A DNA stretch of 59,644 nucleotides, counting the filler. It is 6 parts of 6 records of this genome, joined end to end, with 100 filler letters (N's around TTAATTAATTAA, not from the genome) between each part and the next. Parts side by side here need not be neighbours in the genome. Positions count along the whole stretch, not along the records: positions 51,342 to 59,644 come from SRR2962707_2773; 5 more parts are not named here. The stretch is one strand, 5' to 3'. The first letter of the stretch is position 1. Each line of letters opens with the position of its first letter. A program made the position numbers and the translations under genes. Positions 51,785-59,644 of this stretch are shown one piece after another. Under the pieces are notes generated by a model. It was not told where the DNA came from, made no database searches, and saw nothing but the letters and a program-made list of their open reading frames with translations.

Positions 51785-52585
51785 TTACGCTTCTCCTTTG
51801 CGGCCCAGCGGAACGATGGAGGTAATGGCGAAAACGCAAAGCGCCGCAACCACGATCGAGGGTCCCGATGGCGTATCGAAATGCAGCGAGGCCCACAACC
51901 CCGCAAGTACGGCGGCAATCCCGCCCAGCCCCGCATAAATCGCCATCTGCTCGGGCGTATTGGCCAGCCTTCGCGCGGCGGTCGCTGGAATAATCAGCAT
52001 GGCGGTAATCAGCAACACGCCCAGAATTTTCATCGATATGGCGATCAGCCCGGCCAGAAGCACCATGAAAATCAGCCGCGTTCGCTCGGGGTTCAGCCCC
52101 TCGGCCTGCGCGATGTCCTCGGACACAGTGCTCGCCAGCATCGGTCGCCACAGCCACGCCAGGACCCCCAGAACGACAATCCCACCCCCATAGATCACCG
52201 CAAGATCGGCGACAGAAACCGCAAGGATGTCGCCAAACAACAGCCCCATCAGATCGATCCGGACGTTTGGCATCAGCGACACCAGCACCAGCCCCAGCGC
52301 CAGCGCCGAATGGCTCAAGAGCCCCAGCAGCGAATCGGCCGAAAGCGTGCCCCGGCGCTGCAAAAACGCCAGGATCAGTGCCACCGTCACCGCGATGGCA
52401 AACACCCCGACGACCGGTGAGAACGAAAAAAACAGCGCCAGCGCGACACCCAGAATGGCCGAATGGGCCATCGTATCCCCGAAATAGGCCATGCGCCGCC
52501 AGACGATGAAACTCCCCAGCGGCCCCGTTACCGCAGCCAGCCCCACCCCGGCGATCAGCGCGCGGGTAAAAAAGCTCTCAAGCAT
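51785..52585 (-). CDS. znuB: Zinc ABC permease
   Basis: GPLGSFIVWRRMAYFGDTMAHSA, LFGDIL and PSGPSIV. Confidence 0.92.
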   Translation of the reverse strand: MLESFFTRALIAGVGLAAVTGPLGSFIVWRRMAYFGDTMAHSAILGVALALFFSFSPVVGVFAIAVTVALILAFLQRRGTLSADSLLGLLSHSALALGLVLVSLMPNVRIDLMGLLFGDILAVSVADLAVIYGGGIVVLGVLAWLWRPMLASTVSEDIAQAEGLNPERTRLIFMVLLAGLIAISMKILGVLLITAMLIIPATAARRLANTPEQMAIYAGLGGIAAVLAGLWASLHFDTPSGPSIVVAALCVFAITSIVPLGRKGEA

Positions 52586-53417
52586 GTTTCTCACCCCCAT
52601 CATGGTGGTGCTCGCAATGGGGTCCATGCGCGTGATGGTCGAAATGGAGTTGCCCCTTGGCGTCGCGCACGCTGCCGTCGGGCAGATGCGCGTGGTCGTG
52701 CTCGTGGCGATAGATGGCCAGCGTTTCGGCGGCCCGCGGCCCGAACAGCGCCGCATATTCCCCGCTCGCCGCCACGCTGTCGGGCGTGCCCTGGCAGCAC
52801 ACATGGCCATTGAGGCAGATCACCGTATCGGTGCGCGCCATCACCACATGCAGATCGTGGGAAATCAGCACCACTCCGCACCCGGTCTCGTCGCGGATGC
52901 GCCCGATCAAATCGTAAAGCGCCACCTCGCCGGAAAAATCCACCCCCTGCACGGGCTCGTCGAGCACCAGTAGGTCGGGCCGCCCGATCACCGCGCGGGC
53001 AATCAGCGCCCGCTGGAATTCTCCGCCCGAAAGCGAATGCACCTGCGCCTTGGCAAGGTGGGAAATCCCCACCATCTCCAGCGTCGCCGCAATCTCGGCC
53101 TTGGTCCGCCGCCCGGTCAGCCCCATCAGCCGCTCGACGGTCATAGGCAGCGAGCGGTCCATGGCGATCTTTTGCGGCACATATCCGATGGCAAGGTTTT
53201 TCGCCCGCCATACGCTGCCTTCATCGGGCTTGATGATGCCCAGCGCGGTCTTGACCGTTGTCGATTTGCCCGACCCGTTCGGCCCGATCAGCGTCACGAT
53301 TTCCCCGCGCGCGATTGCCATATCCACCCCGCGCACCAGCCAGCGACCGTCGCGTTTCACCCCGACATGTTCGATCCTGACGATGTCGTCACGCTCGGGT
53401 GCGCTAAAATTTTTCAT
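52578..53417 (-). CDS. znuC: Zinc ABC ATPase with His-rich tail
   Basis: GPNGSGKST, LSGGEFQR, CLNGHVCC and a His-rich C-terminus. Confidence 0.92.
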   Translation of the reverse strand: MKNFSAPERDDIVRIEHVGVKRDGRWLVRGVDMAIARGEIVTLIGPNGSGKSTTVKTALGIIKPDEGSVWRAKNLAIGYVPQKIAMDRSLPMTVERLMGLTGRRTKAEIAATLEMVGISHLAKAQVHSLSGGEFQRALIARAVIGRPDLLVLDEPVQGVDFSGEVALYDLIGRIRDETGCGVVLISHDLHVVMARTDTVICLNGHVCCQGTPDSVAASGEYAALFGPRAAETLAIYRHEHDHAHLPDGSVRDAKGQLHFDHHAHGPHCEHHHDGGEKHA

Positions 53418-53453
53418 GCCCGATCCTGACAGATGTGCATTGACTCAATCCGC

Positions 53454-53493
53454 AATGTTATAGCATTACATTGGCTGTGTAATGTCATAACAT
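53454..53493. promoter_or_regulatory. Tandem Zur boxes in the znuC/znuA divergent promoter
   Basis: AATGTTATAGCATTACA and TGTAATGTCATAACAT match the ATGTTATAACAT-type core. Confidence 0.75.
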
Positions 53494-53516
53494 AGTGGTC
53501 TGGAGTTCGTCCGACA

Positions 53517-54536
53517 ATGCCCAATAAAGCCTTCGCCCTTCTCGTTCCCGCTGCCGCCGCGCTTTTGGTTGCCACCCCCGCGCTCGCCGCGCCCAATGTG
53601 GTCGCCACCATAAAGCCGCTGCATTCGCTGGTCGCGGGCGTCATGGAGGGTGTGGGCACGCCCGAGCTGCTCATCGAAGGCGCCGCCAGCCCGCACGGCT
53701 TCTCCCTCCGTCCCTCCGATGCCGGCAAGCTCGAAAGCGCCGATCTCGTCTTCTGGATCGGCGAGGATCTCGAAACCTTTCTCGATGGTCCCCTCGAAAC
53801 CCTCTCGGCCAATGCCACAAGGATCGAGATGATGGATACCGAGGGCATGAACATCCTCGAGCTGCGTGAAGGCGGCCTGTTCGAGGCCCACAGCCACGAC
53901 GACGAGGAAGGGCACGAAGACCACGCCGAAGGCGAGGAGCATGACCACGCCGAAGACGAACACGCTCATGAAGACGAAGATGCCCATGAGGGTCACGACC
54001 ATGAGGGGCACGACCACGAGCACGGCGACGCCCATATCTGGCTCGATCCGGACAACGCCCGCCTCATGGTCGCTGCCATCGCCGACGCCCTGATCGCCGC
54101 GGATCCTGAAAACCAGGAGGCCTACAACGCAAACGGCCAGGCCCTCGTCGCCCGGATCGATGATCTTCAGGCCGAAATCGACGCCCGCATCGAACCGGCC
54201 CGTGGCAAGCCCTTCTTTGTCTTTCACGACGCCTATCAGGGCTTCGAGCAGAGCTTTGACATCGAAGCCGGCGGCTCGTTCACCGTCAATCCCGAAATCG
54301 CGCCGGGGGCAGGGCGGTTGACTGGAATCCGCGCCGTGGTCGAACAGGCCGCAGCGGTGTGCCTGTTTGCCGAGCCGCAATTTTCGCCCCAGGTCATTCA
54401 AACAATTGCACAAGGCACCGGGGCCCGCACCGGCGTTCTCGATCCGCTGGGTGCCGACATCGCCGACGGCCCCGACCTCTATTTCACGCTGATGAACACC
54501 ATGGCCGACAGCATTCTCGATTGCCTTGCCGACTGA
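53517..54536 (+). CDS. znuA: Zinc ABC substrate-binding protein
   Basis: ASPHG, a long His/Glu/Asp loop, DAHIWLDP and VFHDAY. Confidence 0.93.
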   Translation: MPNKAFALLVPAAAALLVATPALAAPNVVATIKPLHSLVAGVMEGVGTPELLIEGAASPHGFSLRPSDAGKLESADLVFWIGEDLETFLDGPLETLSANATRIEMMDTEGMNILELREGGLFEAHSHDDEEGHEDHAEGEEHDHAEDEHAHEDEDAHEGHDHEGHDHEHGDAHIWLDPDNARLMVAAIADALIAADPENQEAYNANGQALVARIDDLQAEIDARIEPARGKPFFVFHDAYQGFEQSFDIEAGGSFTVNPEIAPGAGRLTGIRAVVEQAAAVCLFAEPQFSPQVIQTIAQGTGARTGVLDPLGADIADGPDLYFTLMNTMADSILDCLAD

Positions 54537-54571
54537 GCCGGTTTGCCTGCCGGACCCGGTTGCCGGGCAAA

Positions 54572-54600
54572 GGGGCGGGGTGCCTCCGGGCACCCGCCCC
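54572..54600. terminator. GC-rich hairpin after znuA
   Basis: GGGGCGGGGTGCC-TCCG-GGCACCCGCCCC. Confidence 0.55.
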
Positions 54601-54657
54601 ACCCCCTTCAAACGCCCAGCCAAAACCAATCTCCTGCAAAAAAGCTACAGACAAAAT

Positions 54658-54675
54658 TGTTACGTTATATCATTA
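54658..54675. promoter_or_regulatory. Putative Zur box upstream of aztD
   Basis: TGTTACGTTATATCATTA just before the RBS GGAGA. Confidence 0.6.
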
Positions 54676-54689
54676 AACGGAGACATCCG

Positions 54690-55880
54690 ATGAACCTGAA
54701 CCACCCCATATTCCGCGCCACCCTGCTGGCCGGCATCGCGCTCCCCGGCGCGGCGCACGCCGATGACGTGTCCATCTGGCGCGCCTTTGTCGCCGATCAG
54801 GCCCAGGGCATGGTCAGCGTCATTGATCTTGAAACAGGCGAGATCGCCGAAACCTTCGCCCTTGAAGGCCCCGCCAGCCTCTACGCCACATCCAGCGGCG
54901 AGCACGTTTTTGCCGTCCAGGGCAATGCAAACATCGTTCAAGCCATCGATACCGGCATTGCAATCGACGATCACGGCGATCATGGCGATATCGACATCAC
55001 CGAGCCCGCGCTGCTTGATACTGCAATCGAGGGACAATACCCCGTCCATTTCGTCGAACATCACGGCCAGATCGCCCTGTTCTTCGATCAGGACGGCGCG
55101 ACAAAAATCATCGATGAATCAGATTTCGGCACGGCCGAACCGCGCATCGTCACAGCCGGCGCCCCTCATCACGGCGTTGCCGCCGCCTATGGCGATTACG
55201 TCCTCATCACCGAGCCGCACCCCGAAGACCCCTCCAATCTCCCCGTCGGCATCAACGTCCTCGACGCCAACGACCAGCAGATCGGCGATACCTACGCCTG
55301 CCCGGGCCTTCACGGTGAAGCAAGCTCGGGCAATCTGCTCGCCATCGCCTGCGATACGGTCCTGCTTATGGTCACCGACAGCGCCGATGGTCCCCAGATC
55401 ACCCATCTTCCCTACGGCGAAGACCTCCCCGAAGGCAAAAGCTCGACCCTTCTCGGCGGCGTCGGCATCCAGTACTTCCTCGGAAATTACGGCGCCGACC
55501 GGGTCGTTCTGATCGACCCCCATCAGCAAGCGTTCCGCCTCGTCGATCTGCCCACCCGCCGTGTGCACTTCGCTGTCGATTCCGTGCGGCCCCAGTTCGC
55601 CTATATCTTCACCGAGGATGGCAATCTGCACCGCCTCAACACCCTCTCGGGCGAAATAAGCGCAACCCTGCCGCTCACCGAACCCTATTCCATGGACGGC
55701 CACTGGTCCGACCCGCGCCCCCGCATCGCGGTGGCCGGCGATGAAATCCTCGTCACCGACCCCAACGCCGCCCAGATCCACCGTATCGACGCGGTCACCT
55801 TCGAGCCTTCCGGAACCATCGCTGTTGATGGCCTTCCCATGGGCATCGTCGTCGCTGGCGGCTCGGGCGCCGTCCATTAA
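54690..55880 (+). CDS. aztD: Periplasmic zinc metallochaperone, beta-propeller
   Basis: Signal peptide, [27 protein letters not shown] and GGSGAVH end. Confidence 0.8.
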   Translation: MNLNHPIFRATLLAGIALPGAAHADDVSIWRAFVADQAQGMVSVIDLETGEIAETFALEGPASLYATSSGEHVFAVQGNANIVQAIDTGIAIDDHGDHGDIDITEPALLDTAIEGQYPVHFVEHHGQIALFFDQDGATKIIDESDFGTAEPRIVTAGAPHHGVAAAYGDYVLITEPHPEDPSNLPVGINVLDANDQQIGDTYACPGLHGEASSGNLLAIACDTVLLMVTDSADGPQITHLPYGEDLPEGKSSTLLGGVGIQYFLGNYGADRVVLIDPHQQAFRLVDLPTRRVHFAVDSVRPQFAYIFTEDGNLHRLNTLSGEISATLPLTEPYSMDGHWSDPRPRIAVAGDEILVTDPNAAQIHRIDAVTFEPSGTIAVDGLPMGIVVAGGSGAVH

Positions 55881-55887
55881 ACGCACG

Positions 55888-55915
55888 GGGCCGCCTTCGG
55901 GCGGTCCCTCTTTTC
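55888..55915 (+). terminator. Hairpin with T-tract after aztD
   Basis: GGGCCGCC-TTCG-GGCGGTCCC followed by TCTTTTC. Confidence 0.55.
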
Positions 55916-55938
55916 ACTCCCCTATGGCAGACCTCACT

Positions 55939-57132
55939 ATGGAAAATCGTCTTCCCGTCACTGTGCTGTCGGGCTTTCTCGGCGCGGGAAAGACCACGCT
56001 GCTCAATCACGTTCTCGCCAATCGCTCCGGCAAGAAGGTCGCGGTCATCGTCAACGATATGAGCGAGATCAACATCGACGCCACGCTTGTGCGCGAGGGC
56101 GGCGCAAACCTCTCGCGCACCGACGAGCAGCTTGTCGAAATGACCAATGGCTGCATCTGCTGCACCCTGCGCGATGATCTGCTGGTCGAAGTCCGGCGCC
56201 TCGCCGAACAGGGACGTTTCGATTACCTGTTGATCGAATCCACAGGCATTTCCGAGCCACTTCCCGTCGCCACCACCTTTGCCTTTCGCGATGAGGCGGG
56301 CCAGAGCCTTTCCGATTTCGCGCGTCTCGATACCATGGTCACTGTGGTCGATGCCGCAAATCTTCTGACCCATTATGCGTCCCATGACAGCCTCGCCGAT
56401 CACGGCGAAAGCCTTGGCGATGCCGATGAGCGCACCCTTGTCGATCTGCTTGTCGAGCAGATCGAGTTTGCCGATATCGTGGTTCTGAACAAAATTTCCA
56501 TCGCCACCCCCGACCAGCGCGATGCCGCGCTCAAGATCATTCGCTCGCTCAATGCCGAAGCAGAGATCGTCGAGACCGATTTCGGCCAGGCGCCGCTCGA
56601 AAAAATCATGGGCACCGGACGCTTCGATTTCGAACGCGCCCAGACCCACCCCCTCTGGTTCCGTGAGCTGAACGGCTTCGCCGATCATGTTCCCGAAACC
56701 GAGGAATATGGCATCCGCTCGTTCGTCTATCGCGCCAAACGCCCCTTTGCGCCGCAGCTTTTCCAGCGCTTCGTCAATTCGGCCTGGCCCGGCATCGTGC
56801 GTGCCAAGGGCTTTTTCTGGCTCGCCACCCGGCCCGATCAGGTCGGAGAACTCAGCCACGCCGGCGCCCTGGTCCGCACCGAAAAGCGCGGCCTGTGGTG
56901 GTCGTCAGTCTCCAAAGACCGCTGGCCTGATGATCCAGATTGGCAGCGCGCCATGGCCCCCTATATCGATCCGGTCTGGGGCGACCGTCGCCAGGAAATC
57001 GTCTTTATCGGCTGCGATCCCATGGACGAAACCGCCCTGCGCCGCGCGCTCGATGCCTGCCTCGTCCCGGCCCGTCAGTTCAACCCCGAAGCCTGGGCCA
57101 ATCTGCCCGATCCGTTCCCGCGCTGGTCTTAG
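55939..57132 (+). CDS. zigA: COG0523/CobW zinc metallochaperone GTPase (ZigA/YciC-like)
   Basis: [33 protein letters not shown] and [11 protein letters not shown]. Confidence 0.85.
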   Translation: MENRLPVTVLSGFLGAGKTTLLNHVLANRSGKKVAVIVNDMSEINIDATLVREGGANLSRTDEQLVEMTNGCICCTLRDDLLVEVRRLAEQGRFDYLLIESTGISEPLPVATTFAFRDEAGQSLSDFARLDTMVTVVDAANLLTHYASHDSLADHGESLGDADERTLVDLLVEQIEFADIVVLNKISIATPDQRDAALKIIRSLNAEAEIVETDFGQAPLEKIMGTGRFDFERAQTHPLWFRELNGFADHVPETEEYGIRSFVYRAKRPFAPQLFQRFVNSAWPGIVRAKGFFWLATRPDQVGELSHAGALVRTEKRGLWWSSVSKDRWPDDPDWQRAMAPYIDPVWGDRRQEIVFIGCDPMDETALRRALDACLVPARQFNPEAWANLPDPFPRWS

Positions 57133-57165
57133 GGTCCCTCCAGGATAAGACGCCTCGGGCTCGCC

Positions 57166-57591
57166 TCAGCCAGCGCCGAGATGAACCGCCCGTAGCGCAT
57201 CCATCTGCGCTTCATCAGCCCCCGGCCCGGCCCGGTCCCGCGCTTCGCCTGTTGCCGCAAGAACGGGATCGACCGGCATATGGCTGCGGCTCCAGCGGCT
57301 GATCTGCGCGATCACCGGTAGCAGCTGAATACCTTTTTCAGTCAGCGAATAGATTGCCTTGAGCCGGTGGCTGGGATCGTCGGCCCGCGTGACGATGCCG
57401 GCGCGCGTCAGCATGGTCAGCCGGTCCGACAGAATGTTGGTGGATATGCCCTCGTCGGAAGCCAGGAACTCACGGAAATGCCTTTTCCCCGCGAACATCA
57501 TGTCGCGGATGATCAGCAGGGTCCATTTGTCTCCGAACACTTCAAGGCCAAGGTTGATCGGACAGCCGGAGCGAAAAGATGATGAGGTCAT
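57166..57591 (-). CDS. HxlR-family transcriptional regulator
   Basis: RSGCPINLGLEVFGDKWTLLIIRD and YSLTEKG. Confidence 0.88.
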   Translation of the reverse strand: MTSSSFRSGCPINLGLEVFGDKWTLLIIRDMMFAGKRHFREFLASDEGISTNILSDRLTMLTRAGIVTRADDPSHRLKAIYSLTEKGIQLLPVIAQISRWSRSHMPVDPVLAATGEARDRAGPGADEAQMDALRAVHLGAG

Positions 57592-57610
57592 GGGTTGACT
57601 CTATGGCCAA

Positions 57611-57646
57611 TGGTTGTAAAAAGCAAGTGATTGTGTTTTGCAATCA
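57611..57646. promoter_or_regulatory. Putative HxlR operators
   Basis: TGGTTG-N7-CAAGTG followed by the palindrome TGATTG-N7-CAATCA in the divergent spacer. Confidence 0.5.
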
Positions 57647-57662
57647 TAAAGAGGAGGAAGCG

Positions 57663-58328
57663 ATGACGACGTTTGTTATGGTGCATGGTGCGTGGGCTGG
57701 CGCATGGGGTTGGGATCTTGTGGCAAAGCGGCTGCGCACTGCCGGCCATGACGTGTACGTGCCGACGCTGAGCGGGCTGGGCGAACGCTCGCATCTGGCG
57801 CTGCTGCCCATCACGCTGAGCACCCACATAGACGACATTGTCAACGAGATGATCTGGCATGATCTCGACGATGTGGTGCTGGTCGCCCATTCCTATGGCG
57901 GCTTCGTCGCAACCGGCGTGGCCGAACGCGCCGCCGAGCGCATCGCCTCGATTGTCTATCTCGATGCCTTCATTCCCGCTGATGGCCAGTCCTTCGAGGA
58001 CGTCATGGGCGAAAAACTCACTGGTCCGGTGGTCCCGGTCCCTGAAATCGGTGACAACGAATACGCCACCGAGGCCGAAAGCGAACGGGTCGCCGCGCTC
58101 TCCACGCCACAGCCGACCGGCACCTTCACCGAGCGCCTCAAGGTCACCGGCGCCTATCTCAAGATTGCCCGTAAAACCTACATTCTCGCCAGCGGCTGGA
58201 ATGGCTTCGGCTCCGTCGCCGCACCGCTCCGCGACGATCCAGAATGGAACGTGCATGAGTTGCCATGCGGCCACGACGTCCCGCTGCTCATGCCCGGCGA
58301 ACTGGCCCAATTGCTGGAAAGGGTCTGA
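57663..58328 (+). CDS. Alpha/beta hydrolase (esterase-like)
   Basis: VHGAW, AHSYGG nucleophile elbow and GHD. Confidence 0.88.
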   Translation: MTTFVMVHGAWAGAWGWDLVAKRLRTAGHDVYVPTLSGLGERSHLALLPITLSTHIDDIVNEMIWHDLDDVVLVAHSYGGFVATGVAERAAERIASIVYLDAFIPADGQSFEDVMGEKLTGPVVPVPEIGDNEYATEAESERVAALSTPQPTGTFTERLKVTGAYLKIARKTYILASGWNGFGSVAAPLRDDPEWNVHELPCGHDVPLLMPGELAQLLERV

Positions 58329-58356
58329 CCCGCTCTAGCGGTTGCCGAAAGGTCTC

Positions 58357-59334
58357 TCAGATATCGCCCCTGATCGTGGGCCGCACCTTTTCGGCGTAAA
58401 ATTCCGCCAGCTTTTCATGCACCGATTGTGGCAGTTCGGGCAGATCGCCCGCCTCGGCATTGACCCCGATCTGGTCGGGCCGTGATACGCCAGCGATAAT
58501 CGTTGAAACCGCCTTGTGGTCCAGGATCCAGCGCAGCGCGAAAAGGCTCATGCGCTGGCCCTCGGGCACATAGCCGCGCAACTCGTCGGCCAGTTCCACC
58601 CCGGTCTCGAACGGGATGCCGCCGAATGTCTCGCCTACAGAAAACGCCTGCCCATCGCGGTTGTAGCTGCGGTGGTCGGTGGGGGAAAATTCGCTGTCGC
58701 GGGTATATTTGCCCGACAGCAGCCCCGAGGCCAGCGGCAGGCGCACGATCACTCCCACATCGCGCTCCATGGCCTTATCGAGCAGGCTTTCGGTCGCGTC
58801 CTGGCGGAAAATGTTGAAGATGATCTGCAGCGTCGCCAGCCCTTCGTGCTCAAGGCAAATCTCTGCCTCGGCGATGGTTTCCACGCTCGCACCCCAGTTC
58901 TTGATCAGCCCTTCGGCCTTGATCTCGTCCATCCAGCCAAAGATTTCCCCCGCCTCGAGCACTTCGCGCGGCACGCAATGGAGCTGCGCCAGGTCGATAC
59001 TGTCCACGCACAGCCGCCGCGCCGATTCCTCGAGGCTCTCGCGCACGCCGCCCTTGGTGTATTTGTCGGGGTAGAGCGCTGCCGCCCGGCCCACCTTGGT
59101 GGCCACGACCAACCCGTCGGGCTTGCCGTAAAACGTGCCGATCCGGTGTTCGGACAGCCCGTTGCCGTAAACGTCCGCTGTATCCCAGAAATTGACCCCC
59201 AGCCGCGCCGCGTTTGCGAGGATCGTGGAGGCGTCCATATCCTCGATCGGACCGAAGTCGCCGCCCAATTGCCAGGTGCCCAGCCCGATTTCGGAAACCA
59301 GAAAGTCGGTCTTGCCCAATCGCCGCGTTTTCAT
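58357..59334 (-). CDS. Aldo/keto reductase
   Basis: MKTRRLG, GLGTWQ, DTADVYG, ATK and PLASGLL. Start ATG 59334. Confidence 0.92.
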   Translation of the reverse strand: MKTRRLGKTDFLVSEIGLGTWQLGGDFGPIEDMDASTILANAARLGVNFWDTADVYGNGLSEHRIGTFYGKPDGLVVATKVGRAAALYPDKYTKGGVRESLEESARRLCVDSIDLAQLHCVPREVLEAGEIFGWMDEIKAEGLIKNWGASVETIAEAEICLEHEGLATLQIIFNIFRQDATESLLDKAMERDVGVIVRLPLASGLLSGKYTRDSEFSPTDHRSYNRDGQAFSVGETFGGIPFETGVELADELRGYVPEGQRMSLFALRWILDHKAVSTIIAGVSRPDQIGVNAEAGDLPELPQSVHEKLAEFYAEKVRPTIRGDI

Positions 59335-59424
59335 CTGTGTTCTGTCTCCCGGTTTCTGGTTCTCTTTTGTGATAGGCGAGCGCGCCGTTGGATGCAATTG
59401 ACGCAAGGCGGCCCGGCGTGGCAC

Positions 59425-59601
59425 ATCTAGAACCGTGTTGGTTCCCCTTTCGTTGCAACAGTCGAGATGGGAAGCAAAAGGGAACACGGTGCGGACGACC
59501 CAAAAGGGGCCAATGCCGTGGCTGCCCCCGCAACTGTAAGTCGCGATGGATCCTGTTGAAAATCCACTGGCCCTTGGGCCGGGAAGGCAAACGGGAACCG
59601 A
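59425..59601 (+). ncRNA. Cobalamin (B12) riboswitch, 3' part not seen
   Basis: Conserved blocks in order: AAAAGGGAACACGGTG, AATGCCGTGGCTGCCCCCGCAACTGTAAG, CCACTG, GGGAAGGC. Confidence 0.88.
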
Positions 59602-59644
59602 TAAAGCGCTTCCAGCAAAAGTGGATACCACTTTTGCGGTTCGG
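59602..59644. repeat. Palindromic repeat element (Rhizobiales MITE/REP-like), truncated by window end
   Basis: TAAAGCGCTTCCAGCAAAAGTGG-ATA-CCACTTTTGCGGTTCGG, with a perfect 10-bp inner stem at 59615-59637. Confidence 0.6.

Noticed and set aside
20392..57132. A single zinc-economy system linking the phoA module and the znu/aztD island
   Set aside because: They are on different contigs, probably from different organisms
59335..59631. 99-aa N-terminal extension of the aldo/keto reductase
   Set aside because: It overlaps the riboswitch on the other strand; MKTRRLG at 59334 is the typical start, with an RBS

Overview
This window is not one locus. It is six unrelated contigs joined by five artificial 100-nt spacers (N-run, TTAATTAATTAA, N-run), as in a concatenated metagenome assembly. 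(1) 1-5188 is a Rhodobacteraceae-like RepB-type replicon: rep, an iteron-like origin, parA-parB with three 18-bp palindromic parS candidates, a decayed ParDE/RelBE-type pair, and monomeric icd. (2) 5289-20080 is a Marinobacter-like core envelope region: aguBA, PilZ, lol permease and lolD, comEC, exbBD, msbA-lpxK-ycaR-kdsB-ptp-murB, and the end of proS. (3) 20181-35255 is a Rhodobacteraceae-like region: a Pho-box-preceded alkaline phosphatase followed by a CxxC protein and a His-rich MacB/FtsX-type ABC system, then a DEAD helicase, Crp/Fnr, NUDIX, gph, atypical receivers and a polyamine ABC transporter. (4) 35356-41369 is eukaryotic DNA holding a multi-intron myotubularin gene with an intact catalytic motif, bounded by (GA)n. 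(5) 41470-51241 is alphaproteobacterial: an HtrA-like protease coupled to a His-rich DUF6969-like protein, and a divergent cluster of aminotransferase, enoyl-CoA hydratase, CoA-transferase, FAD/Fe-S oxidoreductase and GntR. (6) 51342-59644 is a Rhizobiales-like zinc-starvation island (zur-znuBC/znuA-aztD-COG0523) with Zur boxes, ending in a cobalamin riboswitch that appears interrupted by a palindromic repeat. The best candidates for under-described biology are the phoA + Zrg-like metal-handling operon, the GntR-linked catabolic cluster and the repeat-interrupted riboswitch. All taxonomic and family calls come from motif recognition only; no searches were run.
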